Part shown: positions 1-8,215 of the stretch, in pieces
Layout of the letters: the number at the start of each line of letters is the position of its first letter
Numbering within the stretch: position 1 is the stretch's first letter
Origin: Armatimonadia bacterium
Lineage (GTDB): Bacteria; Armatimonadota; Zipacnadia; Zipacnadales; UBA11051
Direction: 5' to 3'
NCBI GenBank assembly: GCA_039683575.1
Contig: JBDKRC010000267.1
Coordinates: 1 to 29,564 of the forward strand
Length of the DNA: 29,564 nucleotides
Translations under genes and position numbers: made by a program
Notes under the pieces: model-generated
Told to the model about the DNA's origin: nothing
Seen by the model: the letters and a program-made list of their open reading frames with translations, nothing else
The model's database searches: none

Positions 1-1
1 A

Positions 2-115
2 GGAATCGAAGATGAGGCCGCCGGTGAGCGATAGGGCGATGACGACCGAGATGAGCACGCCAAAGAGCGGGTAGAGCCGTCGCGGCGGGATGAGGGGCTG
101 GCGTTCAGGGTCCAC
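2..115 (-). CDS. 5' end of a membrane-anchored or exported protein, truncated by the window edge
   Basis: Minus strand: AGGAG RBS 6 nt before GTG at 115, then an open frame MDPERQPLIPPRRLYPLFGVLISVVIALSLTGGLIFDS with a hydrophobic segment running off the window. Confidence 0.65.
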   Translation of the reverse strand, partial: MDPERQPLIPPRRLYPLFGVLISVVIALSLTGGLIFDS

Positions 116-342
116 AGGCAGCTCCTGAGGAGGGATGGGAAAAGCAATTCGCCGGGAGAGGCGGGGGGACCTGCGTGGGCCAGAGATGGCGTTGCGCCGG
201 GCGTCCATTGAGAGGGGAAACGGCATAGTACTGCAATGAGCATTTCGTTATTCTACAATCATAGCAGGAAGATGCGGGTCGGGTGCGAAGATTAGGGTAT
301 ATACCGGCAGAGGCAGGCGTGGGGGGTAAAGGAGTGAGTGGC

Positions 343-2133
343 ATGCACGGGTGGAAGATAGTTGTCTGCAGTTTGGTGCTGATTCTGATTGCCGGTGAGG
401 TGCTGGCGGCTGAACCACCTGGGAACTTCACCGCGGGGGGGAAGACCTACAGCAAGAGCGGCTCTGGCGTCTCGTTGACGACGACCTGGATCCCGGTAGG
501 GCTCATTGTCGCGCCCCCATTTGAGAAGGTGATCCCCAGAGCGCGGATGCGCGACGAAGACCTGGTGCCTCTGAGCATCCTCCCCGAGGAAGTCTTCACG
601 AGTTTCACACAGGGCGCCGGACAGGCCGGCTCGAGCTCAACCGGCATGTACGCACGGGTGAGCGCGGCCTTTGGGGCCAAAGGCTCGGTGCCCGGAGTGT
701 GGGAAGCGGGCTTCAAGGCGGGCATCGAGGCTTCATTGGAATCCTCCTGTGGGACCTCATGGGAGGTGAACATATCCTCCACCGGCTCCAACGGCGGCTC
801 CAACTACACGCTCACCGATGACGTTCTGGTGTTCGCAGTACGCTCGAACTACATCGCCTACACCTACCAGGCGCCAGGGGTGGCGGGGGCGGTTGAGATC
901 TACATCCCCGTCGATGGCAGCCACACCGCGAGGCTGTTCGACCTCGAAGGCTGGAACGCCTACGCGCAGGCCAAGGACGACGCGGGAGAGTACATGCGCG
1001 ACCTGCCCACGTTCCACTGCGAGCGCCCGCTGACCGGGAATGTGGATCAGTACCCAACCGTGGCAAAGGGTTACTATCCGGTGAATGCCGGTGACCGCTT
1101 CCGTGGATCGCCGGTGTTCCACATGGTGGGTAACCAGTTCTACATCGACCACCATGGTTCCGGGCTTAGTGGCGACATGACCATCACCTCGGAGGCTTTC
1201 ACCAGCGGGTCCAAGAGTGTGGGAGCAACCCTGCAGTTTGAGGGCCAGTACGGCCCGGCAACGGCGTCCGTCGAGGGGGCACTTGGCGCCACCTTCACGC
1301 ACGAGTTCTCCACGAGCCGGTCCATCAGCATGGGCTTCCAGACCTGCAGCGTGCACGAGAAGCTGGACGGAACGACCTACAAGAACATGGATTACCACCT
1401 GGTGATGCAGCCCCGGCTCTACGGGCTGAGCATCACCCACTCGCCGGACGCCGACTTCTCGCGGATGCTGGCCCGCCGCCTCTCGTTCCAGTTGCAGGGA
1501 GCAGCGGTCAAGGGGGCGACGCGCGTGGTGCATGTGACCGGCACTGAGACCAACCTGGTGCGGGCAGGCTCTGGCGGGCAGTTACTGTTTGCGCCGACCG
1601 GGCAGCCGCTGGCGCAGATTCTGAGCGCCAACGGTGTGACCGCTGTCTGGGACAGCAATATCCTGGTTTTCGACTTCGTGGTGCCCGAGAAGGGCGTCTC
1701 ATACGGGCGCGGAGTGCCGATCATGCCGCTGGTGGAGACCTTTGTGGCCAACGGGGTGGTGGTACCGGCGCCCACGCAGCCGAGCCATGACCTGTGGGCA
1801 AGCCTGAAGGGGCTGACGCTGCCCAATCCGACCACGCTGGTGTATGTCGGGCCGGGAACGGGAGCGCAGGCGGAAGCGTGGAAGCAGCAGCTTGGGAAGC
1901 TGAACACCCTGGTCTATTGCGGGCCGAAGCCGGGCGAGATCACGGCTTCCATGGGGCCAGTGGCCTGCGAGCCCAGGCCGAACGACTTCGTGGTGATTCG
2001 GCCTCCCGAGGTGGAGAGGCTAACGGTGAACCCGTCGTTGTTCAACCCGAGCAGCCCCCGGGCGAAGCCGCGCAACGGGCCGTGGCTGGGGCTGCCGCTG
2101 ATGCCGGCGGAGGTGGTGCGGGTGGAGCGTTAG
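343..2133 (+). CDS. Secreted hypothetical protein with two long Ser/Thr/Gly-rich amphipathic beta-hairpin segments (possible pore-forming-like domain)
   Basis: ORF 283..2133. ATG 343 follows AAGGAG and gives a Sec-type signal peptide MHGWKIVVCSLVLILIAGEVLA|A. Alternating hydrophobic pattern at about 595-807 and 1171-1344. Confidence 0.8.
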   Translation: MHGWKIVVCSLVLILIAGEVLAAEPPGNFTAGGKTYSKSGSGVSLTTTWIPVGLIVAPPFEKVIPRARMRDEDLVPLSILPEEVFTSFTQGAGQAGSSSTGMYARVSAAFGAKGSVPGVWEAGFKAGIEASLESSCGTSWEVNISSTGSNGGSNYTLTDDVLVFAVRSNYIAYTYQAPGVAGAVEIYIPVDGSHTARLFDLEGWNAYAQAKDDAGEYMRDLPTFHCERPLTGNVDQYPTVAKGYYPVNAGDRFRGSPVFHMVGNQFYIDHHGSGLSGDMTITSEAFTSGSKSVGATLQFEGQYGPATASVEGALGATFTHEFSTSRSISMGFQTCSVHEKLDGTTYKNMDYHLVMQPRLYGLSITHSPDADFSRMLARRLSFQLQGAAVKGATRVVHVTGTETNLVRAGSGGQLLFAPTGQPLAQILSANGVTAVWDSNILVFDFVVPEKGVSYGRGVPIMPLVETFVANGVVVPAPTQPSHDLWASLKGLTLPNPTTLVYVGPGTGAQAEAWKQQLGKLNTLVYCGPKPGEITASMGPVACEPRPNDFVVIRPPEVERLTVNPSLFNPSSPRAKPRNGPWLGLPLMPAEVVRVER

Positions 2134-2153
2134 GCGTGAGGCGTGAGGCGTGA
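2133..2153 (+). repeat. Heptamer tandem repeat (GGCGTGA)x3
   Basis: Directly visible, overlapping the stop codon of 343..2133. Confidence 0.85.
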
Positions 2154-2201
2154 AACGGCGGAGGGGCGCCGGGCTTGTTTGTGGAGATGAGTGCGAGTTC
2201 C

Positions 2202-2221
2202 GGCATGCGGAGCATGCCTAC
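2202..2221 (-). repeat. GTAG-tagged REP-like palindrome
   Basis: + strand GGCATGC-GGA-GCATGCC-TAC; the reverse complement begins GTAG. Confidence 0.55.
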
Positions 2222-2303
2222 CACGCGTTGAGGGTGTTTGCTACGGCACGTCTAGGGCGTGGCTGACACGGGTCGAGGGTGTGACTACGGCCTCAATAGC
2301 AAA

Positions 2304-2340
2304 GAAAGAGGCTGCGGCGGTTGCCGCAGCCTCTTTCCTG
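2304..2340. terminator. Intrinsic terminator-like hairpin, possibly bidirectional
   Basis: Perfect 15-bp stem GAAAGAGGCTGCGGC / GCCGCAGCCTCTTTC with a 4-nt loop; A-rich before and T-rich after. Confidence 0.75.
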
Positions 2341-2413
2341 TTCTGGGCGGGGTACGGGGCTATCGTATGACAAGTGCGACGTGATGGATGCATTTGCGGA
2401 ACAAATAAGGCAG

Positions 2414-2435
2414 AAATGTGGTAATATTCACATAG
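2414..2435 (+). promoter_or_regulatory. Candidate extended -10 (TG-G-TAATAT) overlapped by a CRP-like dyad TGTGG-N6-TCACA
   Basis: AAATGTGGTAATATTCACATAG in an AT-rich patch about 40-60 nt upstream of ATG 2476. Confidence 0.4.
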
Positions 2436-2475
2436 AAGTCACGTGCAACGTCCGTCCAATAAGGAGAACCTCAGC

Positions 2476-3159
2476 ATGACACGTCGTGGTTTCACGCTCA
2501 TTGAGTTGCTGGTCGTTATCGCGATCATCGCCATTCTGGCAGCCATCCTGTTCCCCGTGTTCGCCAAGGCCCGTGAGAAGGCGCGGCAGTCGTCGTGTCT
2601 GTCGAACGTCCGACAGTTCGGGACGGCCCTGCTGGCCTATACCCAGGACTATGACGAGGCGTTCCCCAACGCCTACATGACGGTACCTGGCCGGACGGCT
2701 CCGGTCAGCGGCTATGTTGGCCTGTTCTTCATTCAGGACCTGATGGACCCGTACATGAAGAGCAAGCAGCTCTCAATCTGCCCTTCGAGTTCCTCCACGA
2801 GCGCCTACTCGGGCAACTATGGCATCAACCGCAACATCAGCCCGACGCCGGGGGCGGCACCGGCCGCGCTGGGCGCGATCGGCAAGCCGGCAGAGTGCTT
2901 CATGTTCCTCGACGCCGGCCCGTACGTTGTGAACTACTCCCAGATCACGAGCCCGACCGGCAGCTACTGGTACCTGCCCGGCACGGCGCGTGGCCGCGAT
3001 CCACTGGCGCTGTCGCCGGTAATGTCGACGATGTACATCAGCGACTTCCAGAGCGGACGGCACAACCAGGGCATCAATGTTGCGTATGCCGACGGGCACG
3101 CGAAGTGGATCTCGTCGAGCAGCCTGGAAGGGCATCCGGAGTGGTGGAACCTGAACTAG
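2476..3159 (+). CDS. Prepilin-type N-terminal cleavage/methylation protein, DUF1559 / H-X9-DG family
   Basis: [38 protein letters not shown] type IV prepilin motif; C-terminal [15 protein letters not shown] (H-X9-DG). Confidence 0.93.
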   Translation: MTRRGFTLIELLVVIAIIAILAAILFPVFAKAREKARQSSCLSNVRQFGTALLAYTQDYDEAFPNAYMTVPGRTAPVSGYVGLFFIQDLMDPYMKSKQLSICPSSSSTSAYSGNYGINRNISPTPGAAPAALGAIGKPAECFMFLDAGPYVVNYSQITSPTGSYWYLPGTARGRDPLALSPVMSTMYISDFQSGRHNQGINVAYADGHAKWISSSSLEGHPEWWNLN

Positions 3160-3167
3160 GCAACGGC

Positions 3168-3195
3168 GAAAACAGAGAACGGAAAACAGAATACA
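3168..3195 (+). repeat. Heptamer tandem repeat (GAAAACR-like)x4
   Basis: GAAAACA GAGAACG GAAAACA GAATACA just after the stop codon; same family at 11265 and 14094. Confidence 0.8.
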
Positions 3196-3200
3196 GTTGC

Positions 3201-3237
3201 AACGGCTCGCCCCGGTTTGGGGCGGGCCGTTTTGCTT
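3201..3237 (+). terminator. Terminator-like hairpin after the prepilin-like gene
   Basis: 13-bp stem AACGGCTCGCCCC / GGGGCGGGCCGTT (one G:U) followed by TTGCTT. Confidence 0.65.
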
Positions 3238-3279
3238 GTGGGGGAGGAATAGGGGTGGGGATGGGAGAATCGCGGGGGC

Positions 3280-4299
3280 ATGAATGACCTTATGATTCCT
3301 TTGCTTGATGATGAATGGTACAGGGCGGACCGGGCGCTTTGGGCGCAGCGGCGGACGAAGATCAAGGCGGCCTTCGTGGACCTGCTTGGGGAGGGGGTGA
3401 CCGAGCCGCCGGGGGATCTGGACCTGCAATGGCACGAGGAAGAGCGCGAGGAAGGCGTGCTGCTGCGGAAGCTGAGCTTCCTGGCCGAGCCGGATGACCG
3501 CGTGTATGCGTGGCTGGCGGTGCCTGAGGGCGTGAAGCTGCCCGCGCCGGCGGTGCTGTGCCTGCACGGGACGACGGCAGACGCCAAGGAGGCTTGCCTG
3601 GGGCGGGGAGCGCATCCGGGTGGGTCGAACGGGACGGCGCTGCACCTGGCGCGAAGGGGGTTCGTGACGCTATCGCCGGATCATTTCTGCGCGGGCGAGA
3701 GGCTCAAGGAAGGCGAGCAGCCCTACGACCCGCGACCGTTCTATGCGCGGCATCCCGGTTGGAGCGAGATGGGAAAAGACCTGTACGACCACCGGCTGGC
3801 TGTGGATGTGCTGCAGAGCCTGCCGGAAGTGGATGCGGAGCGCATCGGGTGCATCGGGCACTCGCTGGGCGGCTATGGCAGCGTGTTCCTGGCGGCAATG
3901 GACGAGCGGATTGCGGCGGCGGTGTCCAGTTGTGGCGTTACGGTGTGGGCGGCGGACAACCTGAAGTTCAACTGGTCGCGCGAAGTGCCGGGACGCTATG
4001 TGCACTTCCCGAAGCTGCGGGAGTATTGGAACAAGGGGCTGCGGGCGCCGGTGGACTTCCATGAGATCATGGCGCTGGCGGCACCGCGGGCGCTGCTGAA
4101 CATTAGCGCGGTCGGCAACGACTCGTGCTTCCCCATTTTCCAGCCCTTCGCGCAGCTATATACCGAGGTCGAGAGCGTGTACAAGATGCTCGGGGCCGAG
4201 GGCAAGTTCGCGTGCCACTTCCACTCGTGCGGGCACTCGTTTGGGAAGGCCCCGCGGGGACTGGCGTATGCGTGGCTGGAGGAGCAGCTAGTGGGGTGA
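3280..4299 (+). CDS. Alpha/beta hydrolase (dienelactone hydrolase / acetyl xylan esterase-like), cytoplasmic
   Basis: PAVLCLHG, LARRGFVTLSPD, nucleophile elbow RIGCIGHSLGG, ALAAPRALL, C-terminal GHSF. Confidence 0.9.
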   Translation: MNDLMIPLLDDEWYRADRALWAQRRTKIKAAFVDLLGEGVTEPPGDLDLQWHEEEREEGVLLRKLSFLAEPDDRVYAWLAVPEGVKLPAPAVLCLHGTTADAKEACLGRGAHPGGSNGTALHLARRGFVTLSPDHFCAGERLKEGEQPYDPRPFYARHPGWSEMGKDLYDHRLAVDVLQSLPEVDAERIGCIGHSLGGYGSVFLAAMDERIAAAVSSCGVTVWAADNLKFNWSREVPGRYVHFPKLREYWNKGLRAPVDFHEIMALAAPRALLNISAVGNDSCFPIFQPFAQLYTEVESVYKMLGAEGKFACHFHSCGHSFGKAPRGLAYAWLEEQLVG

Positions 4300-4332
4300 G
4301 GCGGGAACGGGTGGGGCGGGAACATCGGGAAC
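4294..4332 (+). repeat. GGGTGRGGCGGGAAC repeat x2 plus a GGGAAC remnant
   Basis: Copies at 4294-4308 and 4309-4323; the identical 15-mer recurs at 9263-9277. Confidence 0.65.
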
Positions 4333-4340
4333 GATCGTGT

Positions 4341-4385
4341 GATCCTTCGCTTCGCGGACGCGGACGTCCGCAGCTCAGGATGACA
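4341..4385. repeat. Right half of a TGTCATCCTGA-type palindromic REP-like element
   Basis: GATCCTTCG...CTCAGGATGACA matches the right arm of the full element at 11318-11393. Confidence 0.65.
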
Positions 4386-4409
4386 AGCTGAAAGGGAGTG
4401 CGAGAAGCT

Positions 4410-5114
4410 ATGGCAATCAAAACGCTGTTGCTCAGTGGCGCTAATAATCATGACTGGACGCGGTCTTCGCCGTTCTGTGCGGGGCTACTGGTGGGGTCGG
4501 GGTTGTTTGAGGTTACGGTGACGGAGAAGCCGGAGGAGGCACTGGCGGAGGGGCTCGCGGAGTATGATCTGATCTTCTCCGACTATAACGGGCCGGAGTG
4601 GCCGGAGGAGGCTAAGGCCAACTTCGAGGCGGCCGTGCGGGGCGGGACCGGGCCGGTGATACTCCATGCCGCTGATAATGCGTTCAGCGGGTGGGTGGAG
4701 TATGAGAAGATGGTGGGGCTGCTGTGGCGCGAGGGTACCGGGCATGGGGAGTATCATGAGTTTGAGGTCAAGATAGTGGATCACGAGCACCCGATCACGC
4801 GGGGGCTGAAAGACTTCCGGCTCTGGGACGAACTCTACCACAAGCTGGTGCACATGCATGACGTGCCGTACCACGTGCTGGCGACGGCGTTTTCGAGTGA
4901 AGAGAGCCGCGGGACCGGGCGCGATGAGCCGATGATGGTGACGACGCAGTATGGGGCGGGGCGGGTGTTCCACATGGTGCTCGGGCACGTGTGGCCCGGT
5001 GATCCTGACGGGGAGTACAAGGGCGCAAGCATGATTACGTTTGAGAATGAAGCATTTCAGGAGGCGCTATTGCGCGGGTGTGAGTGGGCAGCGACGGGGG
5101 AGGTTGGGGGATAG
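4410..5114 (+). CDS. ThuA-like domain protein (class I glutamine amidotransferase-like fold)
   Basis: LLLSGANNHDW, GGTGPVILHAAD, HPITRGL, DELY, YGAGRVFHMVLGH, LLRGCEWAATG. Confidence 0.88.
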   Translation: MAIKTLLLSGANNHDWTRSSPFCAGLLVGSGLFEVTVTEKPEEALAEGLAEYDLIFSDYNGPEWPEEAKANFEAAVRGGTGPVILHAADNAFSGWVEYEKMVGLLWREGTGHGEYHEFEVKIVDHEHPITRGLKDFRLWDELYHKLVHMHDVPYHVLATAFSSEESRGTGRDEPMMVTTQYGAGRVFHMVLGHVWPGDPDGEYKGASMITFENEAFQEALLRGCEWAATGEVGG

Positions 5115-5148
5115 GAGGAAGGATGGGGGTTGGCCGGAGTAACGGCGC

Positions 5149-5187
5149 GGGCCGGATGCGCGATGAGGCTGCGCATTCGGCCCCTAC
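5149..5187 (-). repeat. GTAG-tagged REP-like palindrome
   Basis: GGGCCGGATGCGC-N9-GCGCATTCGGCCC-CTAC on +; similar hairpin at about 10500-10532. Confidence 0.6.
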
Positions 5188-5224
5188 AGGCAGGCGGCAG
5201 GTTTCATCTATGTCGCCGCTGAAT

Positions 5225-5256
5225 TGACCTCCATACTTCGGTGTGGAGGTCATTTA
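5225..5256 (+). promoter_or_regulatory. cUUCGg hairpin that pairs the Shine-Dalgarno of the next gene; may also act as a terminator
   Basis: TGACCTCCATAC-TTCG-GTGTGGAGGTCA, a 12-bp stem, then TTT-ATG. Confidence 0.65.
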
Positions 5257-8147
5257 TGTTCCGGCCACTGGTTATTATCCTGGCGCTCTTCGCGGTTTCC
5301 CTGGCATTGGCTCAGACCGCTCCTGTGTTCACGCTCAACTTCGAGCAGGGCTTTGATGGGACGTCCGCTGCGGGGCCGGTTAAGGCTACGCTGGACGGCA
5401 AGCCGGAGCTTGTGCCCGGTAAGTTCGGCCAGGCGCTGAAGTCGGGGCCGTCTACCGGCTACCTGAACTTTCCCACCAACATGCTCAAGGCCACTTCGGG
5501 CACCGTGGAGATGTGGGTGTCACCGCTGGACTGGAGCCCAGGAGACACGGAGTTTCACGCTTTCTTCGATACCCGTGGCGAAGATGGCTGCCTGTATTTG
5601 TACAAGTATGTGGACGGCAACCGGCTGCTGATGCTGGGTTGCCCGAAGATGGCCGGGCCGTACTTCTCCAGTGCCTTGGGGCTGGACTGGAAGCCGGGCG
5701 AGTGGCATCACATCGCTGGCACGTGGTCGGCCAATGGCGTGCTCGTGTTTGTGGACGGCAAGCCGGCGGGGCCGATGCCGGTCGCGGCAGAGCTGCCGAG
5801 CAAGCTGGCGCCAACCTTCCAGATCGGCGACCATCCGTGGCATCTGCCGCGCACGAGCAGTTCGCTGGTGGATGAGGTGCGGATCTATGACCGGGCGCTG
5901 TCGCCGACGCATATCGCGGCCCATGCGGCAGGGAACATGGACTTCGTTGCACCGCTGGAGGCCAAGTTTTCGTACCTGAAGTATGAGCTCGACCCGCCGA
6001 AGCATGAGGTGCAGGCGATGGTCAGCACCGGCGGGGCCGATGTGCCCGATGCAGATCTTGCGGCGCGGGTGGGGATCGTAAAGAGGGGGGCGGCGCTGAC
6101 AGCGGGGACTGAGAAGAGATTCGAGGGCGGGCAGATGGTGGCCACTTTGGCCGCGCCGCAGGAGATTGGCGAGTATCAGGTCGTGGCGCAGGTTGTCCTG
6201 AAGGGGACGCAGGCGTTTGAACTGCGGCGGGATCTGGTGATCCCCGACACGACCAGTTGGGTGGGGAGCAAGCTGGGTACGGAGGACAAGGTCTTGCCGC
6301 CGTGGACGGCGGTGAAGGTGGCGGGGAGCAAGGTCAGTGTTTGGGACCGGGAGTATGACTTTGCTCCCGGGATGGGCCTTGTGCAGCAGATTACCTCCGG
6401 GAAGCAGTCGCTTCTGGCTGGTCCGATTGAGCTGATGGCAAACCTGGGCGATGATCCGGCTATCTTCACAGCCCCCGGAAAAGCGCAGGTCAGTGGCTCC
6501 CCCACGCGGGCGATAGTGACCAAGCAACTCCTGAGCGATGGCCTCGGGCCAGCCACACTCACCGCCAAAGCGACGGCGGAGTACGATGGCCTGGTAGTGA
6601 TCGAGCTGTCGGGCAAGGCACCGGCCAATGTCTCGCGAATGCTCCTGAATATCCCCATCCGGCCTGAGATCGCTCTGTACCGTCACCGGTGGGCGGCGTC
6701 GTGGGACAGCGGTAAGGTGACGGGGAAGTTGCCTGAGGGCGACGGGGTCATAGACAGCGACAAGTTCATTCCGTACTACTGGCTGGGGAACAACGACCGC
6801 GGGCTGTTCTGGATGTGTGAGAGTGATGAGATGTGGCCGAATGGGCAGGCCGCCGACGCGCTGCAGATTGTGCGGGAGAAGGACCGGGTGGTGCTGCGCC
6901 TGAACCTGCTGGCGAAGGGGCAGAAGCTGCCGGAGAACTGGAAGTTCGTGTTTGCCCTGCAGGCGACGCCGGTGAAGCCGATGGCGAAGGACTGGCGGAA
7001 GTGGCGACTGAAGCCGGGGGTGAACGGCAACGTGGATATCATGTGGCCGACGGTGCAGCCGAACTCCGTCCGCTATTTCGGGTACCCCGAAGCAAGGGAC
7101 CCGGCGCTGATGACCGAGCGGATCAAGGCGCTGCACGAGAGCGGTGGCAGCGCAGTGCCGTACCTGTGCCTGAGTTTCATCTCCGCGGCCTGCCCGGAGT
7201 GGCCGATCTTCCGGAAGCAATGGGCGATGGGCCCGGTGGACGCGAGTTCGTCAGATGTGGCGGCGTATGGCGCGGGGTTCGCCATGGCCTCGCCGGTGGG
7301 CAAGGACTACGCTGACTTCATCGTCTGGAAGACCGCGCAGTTCATCAAGCAGTACGGCATTGACGGGCTGTACCATGACAACACCCACCCGTACAGTTCG
7401 ACGGCGCTTGACGCCGGGTGCGGCTATAAGCGCGACGGGAAGGTCCATCCGACGTTCCCGATTTTGGGCTACCGGGACCTGTACCGGCGCATGTATGCGG
7501 TGATGAAGGACGCCAGGCCGGATGGCTTCACCATGGCGCATATGTCGGGCAAGGTGACCATCCCGATTCTGGCGTATGAGGACTCTTATCTGGATGGCGA
7601 GCATTTCCGGGGCGTGGTCAAGGACAGCTACATGGACCTGATGAGCCTCGAGACCTTCCGCACGGAGTACATGGGGCGGCAGTGGGGGATCATGCCGTAC
7701 TTCCTGCCGGAGTTCAGCGGCGACTATGCCAAGGCCGTCGAGCCGACACGGGGGCTCATGGCGCTCTTGATGATCCACGATGTCGCCCCCTGGCCGATCT
7801 GGTGCAACACCGAGGTCATGAACGAGGCGCTGTCGGCGCTGGATGCGTTTGGGTACGTGGACAGCGAGTTCATCGGGTACTTCGAGGCGACGCCGCCGGC
7901 GACCACGGACATGAAGGATTGTTACGTGAGCGCGTACAAGCGCGCGGATGGCAAGTGCCTGCTGGTGGTCGCGAACCTGGCGAAGGAGGACCGGCAGGGG
8001 ACGGTGACGATCAACGGGGCGCGGTTGGGGCTGGCGGCGGCGAAGCAGGTGCAGAGCTGGCCGGAGAAGACGCCGGTGGAGGCGACAGGCGGCAAAGTGG
8101 CGCTGTCGGTGCCCCGGCTGGGGTACCGGATGCTGGTGGTGGAGTAG
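5256..8147 (+). CDS. Secreted LamG-like jellyroll + DUF6067-like putative glycoside hydrolase
   Basis: GGAGG RBS; signal peptide ...SLALA|Q; LamG motifs (GTVEMWV, GEWHHIAGTW, VDEVRIYDRALS); C-terminal YYWLGNNDRGLFW, LQATPVKP, IDGLYHD, LDGE; paralogue at 22020. Confidence 0.85.
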   Translation: MFRPLVIILALFAVSLALAQTAPVFTLNFEQGFDGTSAAGPVKATLDGKPELVPGKFGQALKSGPSTGYLNFPTNMLKATSGTVEMWVSPLDWSPGDTEFHAFFDTRGEDGCLYLYKYVDGNRLLMLGCPKMAGPYFSSALGLDWKPGEWHHIAGTWSANGVLVFVDGKPAGPMPVAAELPSKLAPTFQIGDHPWHLPRTSSSLVDEVRIYDRALSPTHIAAHAAGNMDFVAPLEAKFSYLKYELDPPKHEVQAMVSTGGADVPDADLAARVGIVKRGAALTAGTEKRFEGGQMVATLAAPQEIGEYQVVAQVVLKGTQAFELRRDLVIPDTTSWVGSKLGTEDKVLPPWTAVKVAGSKVSVWDREYDFAPGMGLVQQITSGKQSLLAGPIELMANLGDDPAIFTAPGKAQVSGSPTRAIVTKQLLSDGLGPATLTAKATAEYDGLVVIELSGKAPANVSRMLLNIPIRPEIALYRHRWAASWDSGKVTGKLPEGDGVIDSDKFIPYYWLGNNDRGLFWMCESDEMWPNGQAADALQIVREKDRVVLRLNLLAKGQKLPENWKFVFALQATPVKPMAKDWRKWRLKPGVNGNVDIMWPTVQPNSVRYFGYPEARDPALMTERIKALHESGGSAVPYLCLSFISAACPEWPIFRKQWAMGPVDASSSDVAAYGAGFAMASPVGKDYADFIVWKTAQFIKQYGIDGLYHDNTHPYSSTALDAGCGYKRDGKVHPTFPILGYRDLYRRMYAVMKDARPDGFTMAHMSGKVTIPILAYEDSYLDGEHFRGVVKDSYMDLMSLETFRTEYMGRQWGIMPYFLPEFSGDYAKAVEPTRGLMALLMIHDVAPWPIWCNTEVMNEALSALDAFGYVDSEFIGYFEATPPATTDMKDCYVSAYKRADGKCLLVVANLAKEDRQGTVTINGARLGLAAAKQVQSWPEKTPVEATGGKVALSVPRLGYRMLVVE

Positions 8148-8150
8148 AGG

Positions 8151-8178
8151 GGGAATCGGGAATCGGGAATCGGGAATC
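8151..8178 (+). repeat. Heptamer tandem repeat (GGGAATC)x4
   Basis: Perfect repeat starting 4 nt after the stop codon at 8147. Confidence 0.9.
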
Positions 8179-8215
8179 GGAAAGCTGCCTGGTTGCGTGC
8201 GAAAGGAATAGTGCC

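Noticed and set aside
7682-8215. N-terminal extension of the oxidoreductase or a frameshift fusion with the upstream gene
   Set aside because: Off-frame overlap with an intact gene; the Rossmann motif starts right at ATG 8216 after its own RBS.
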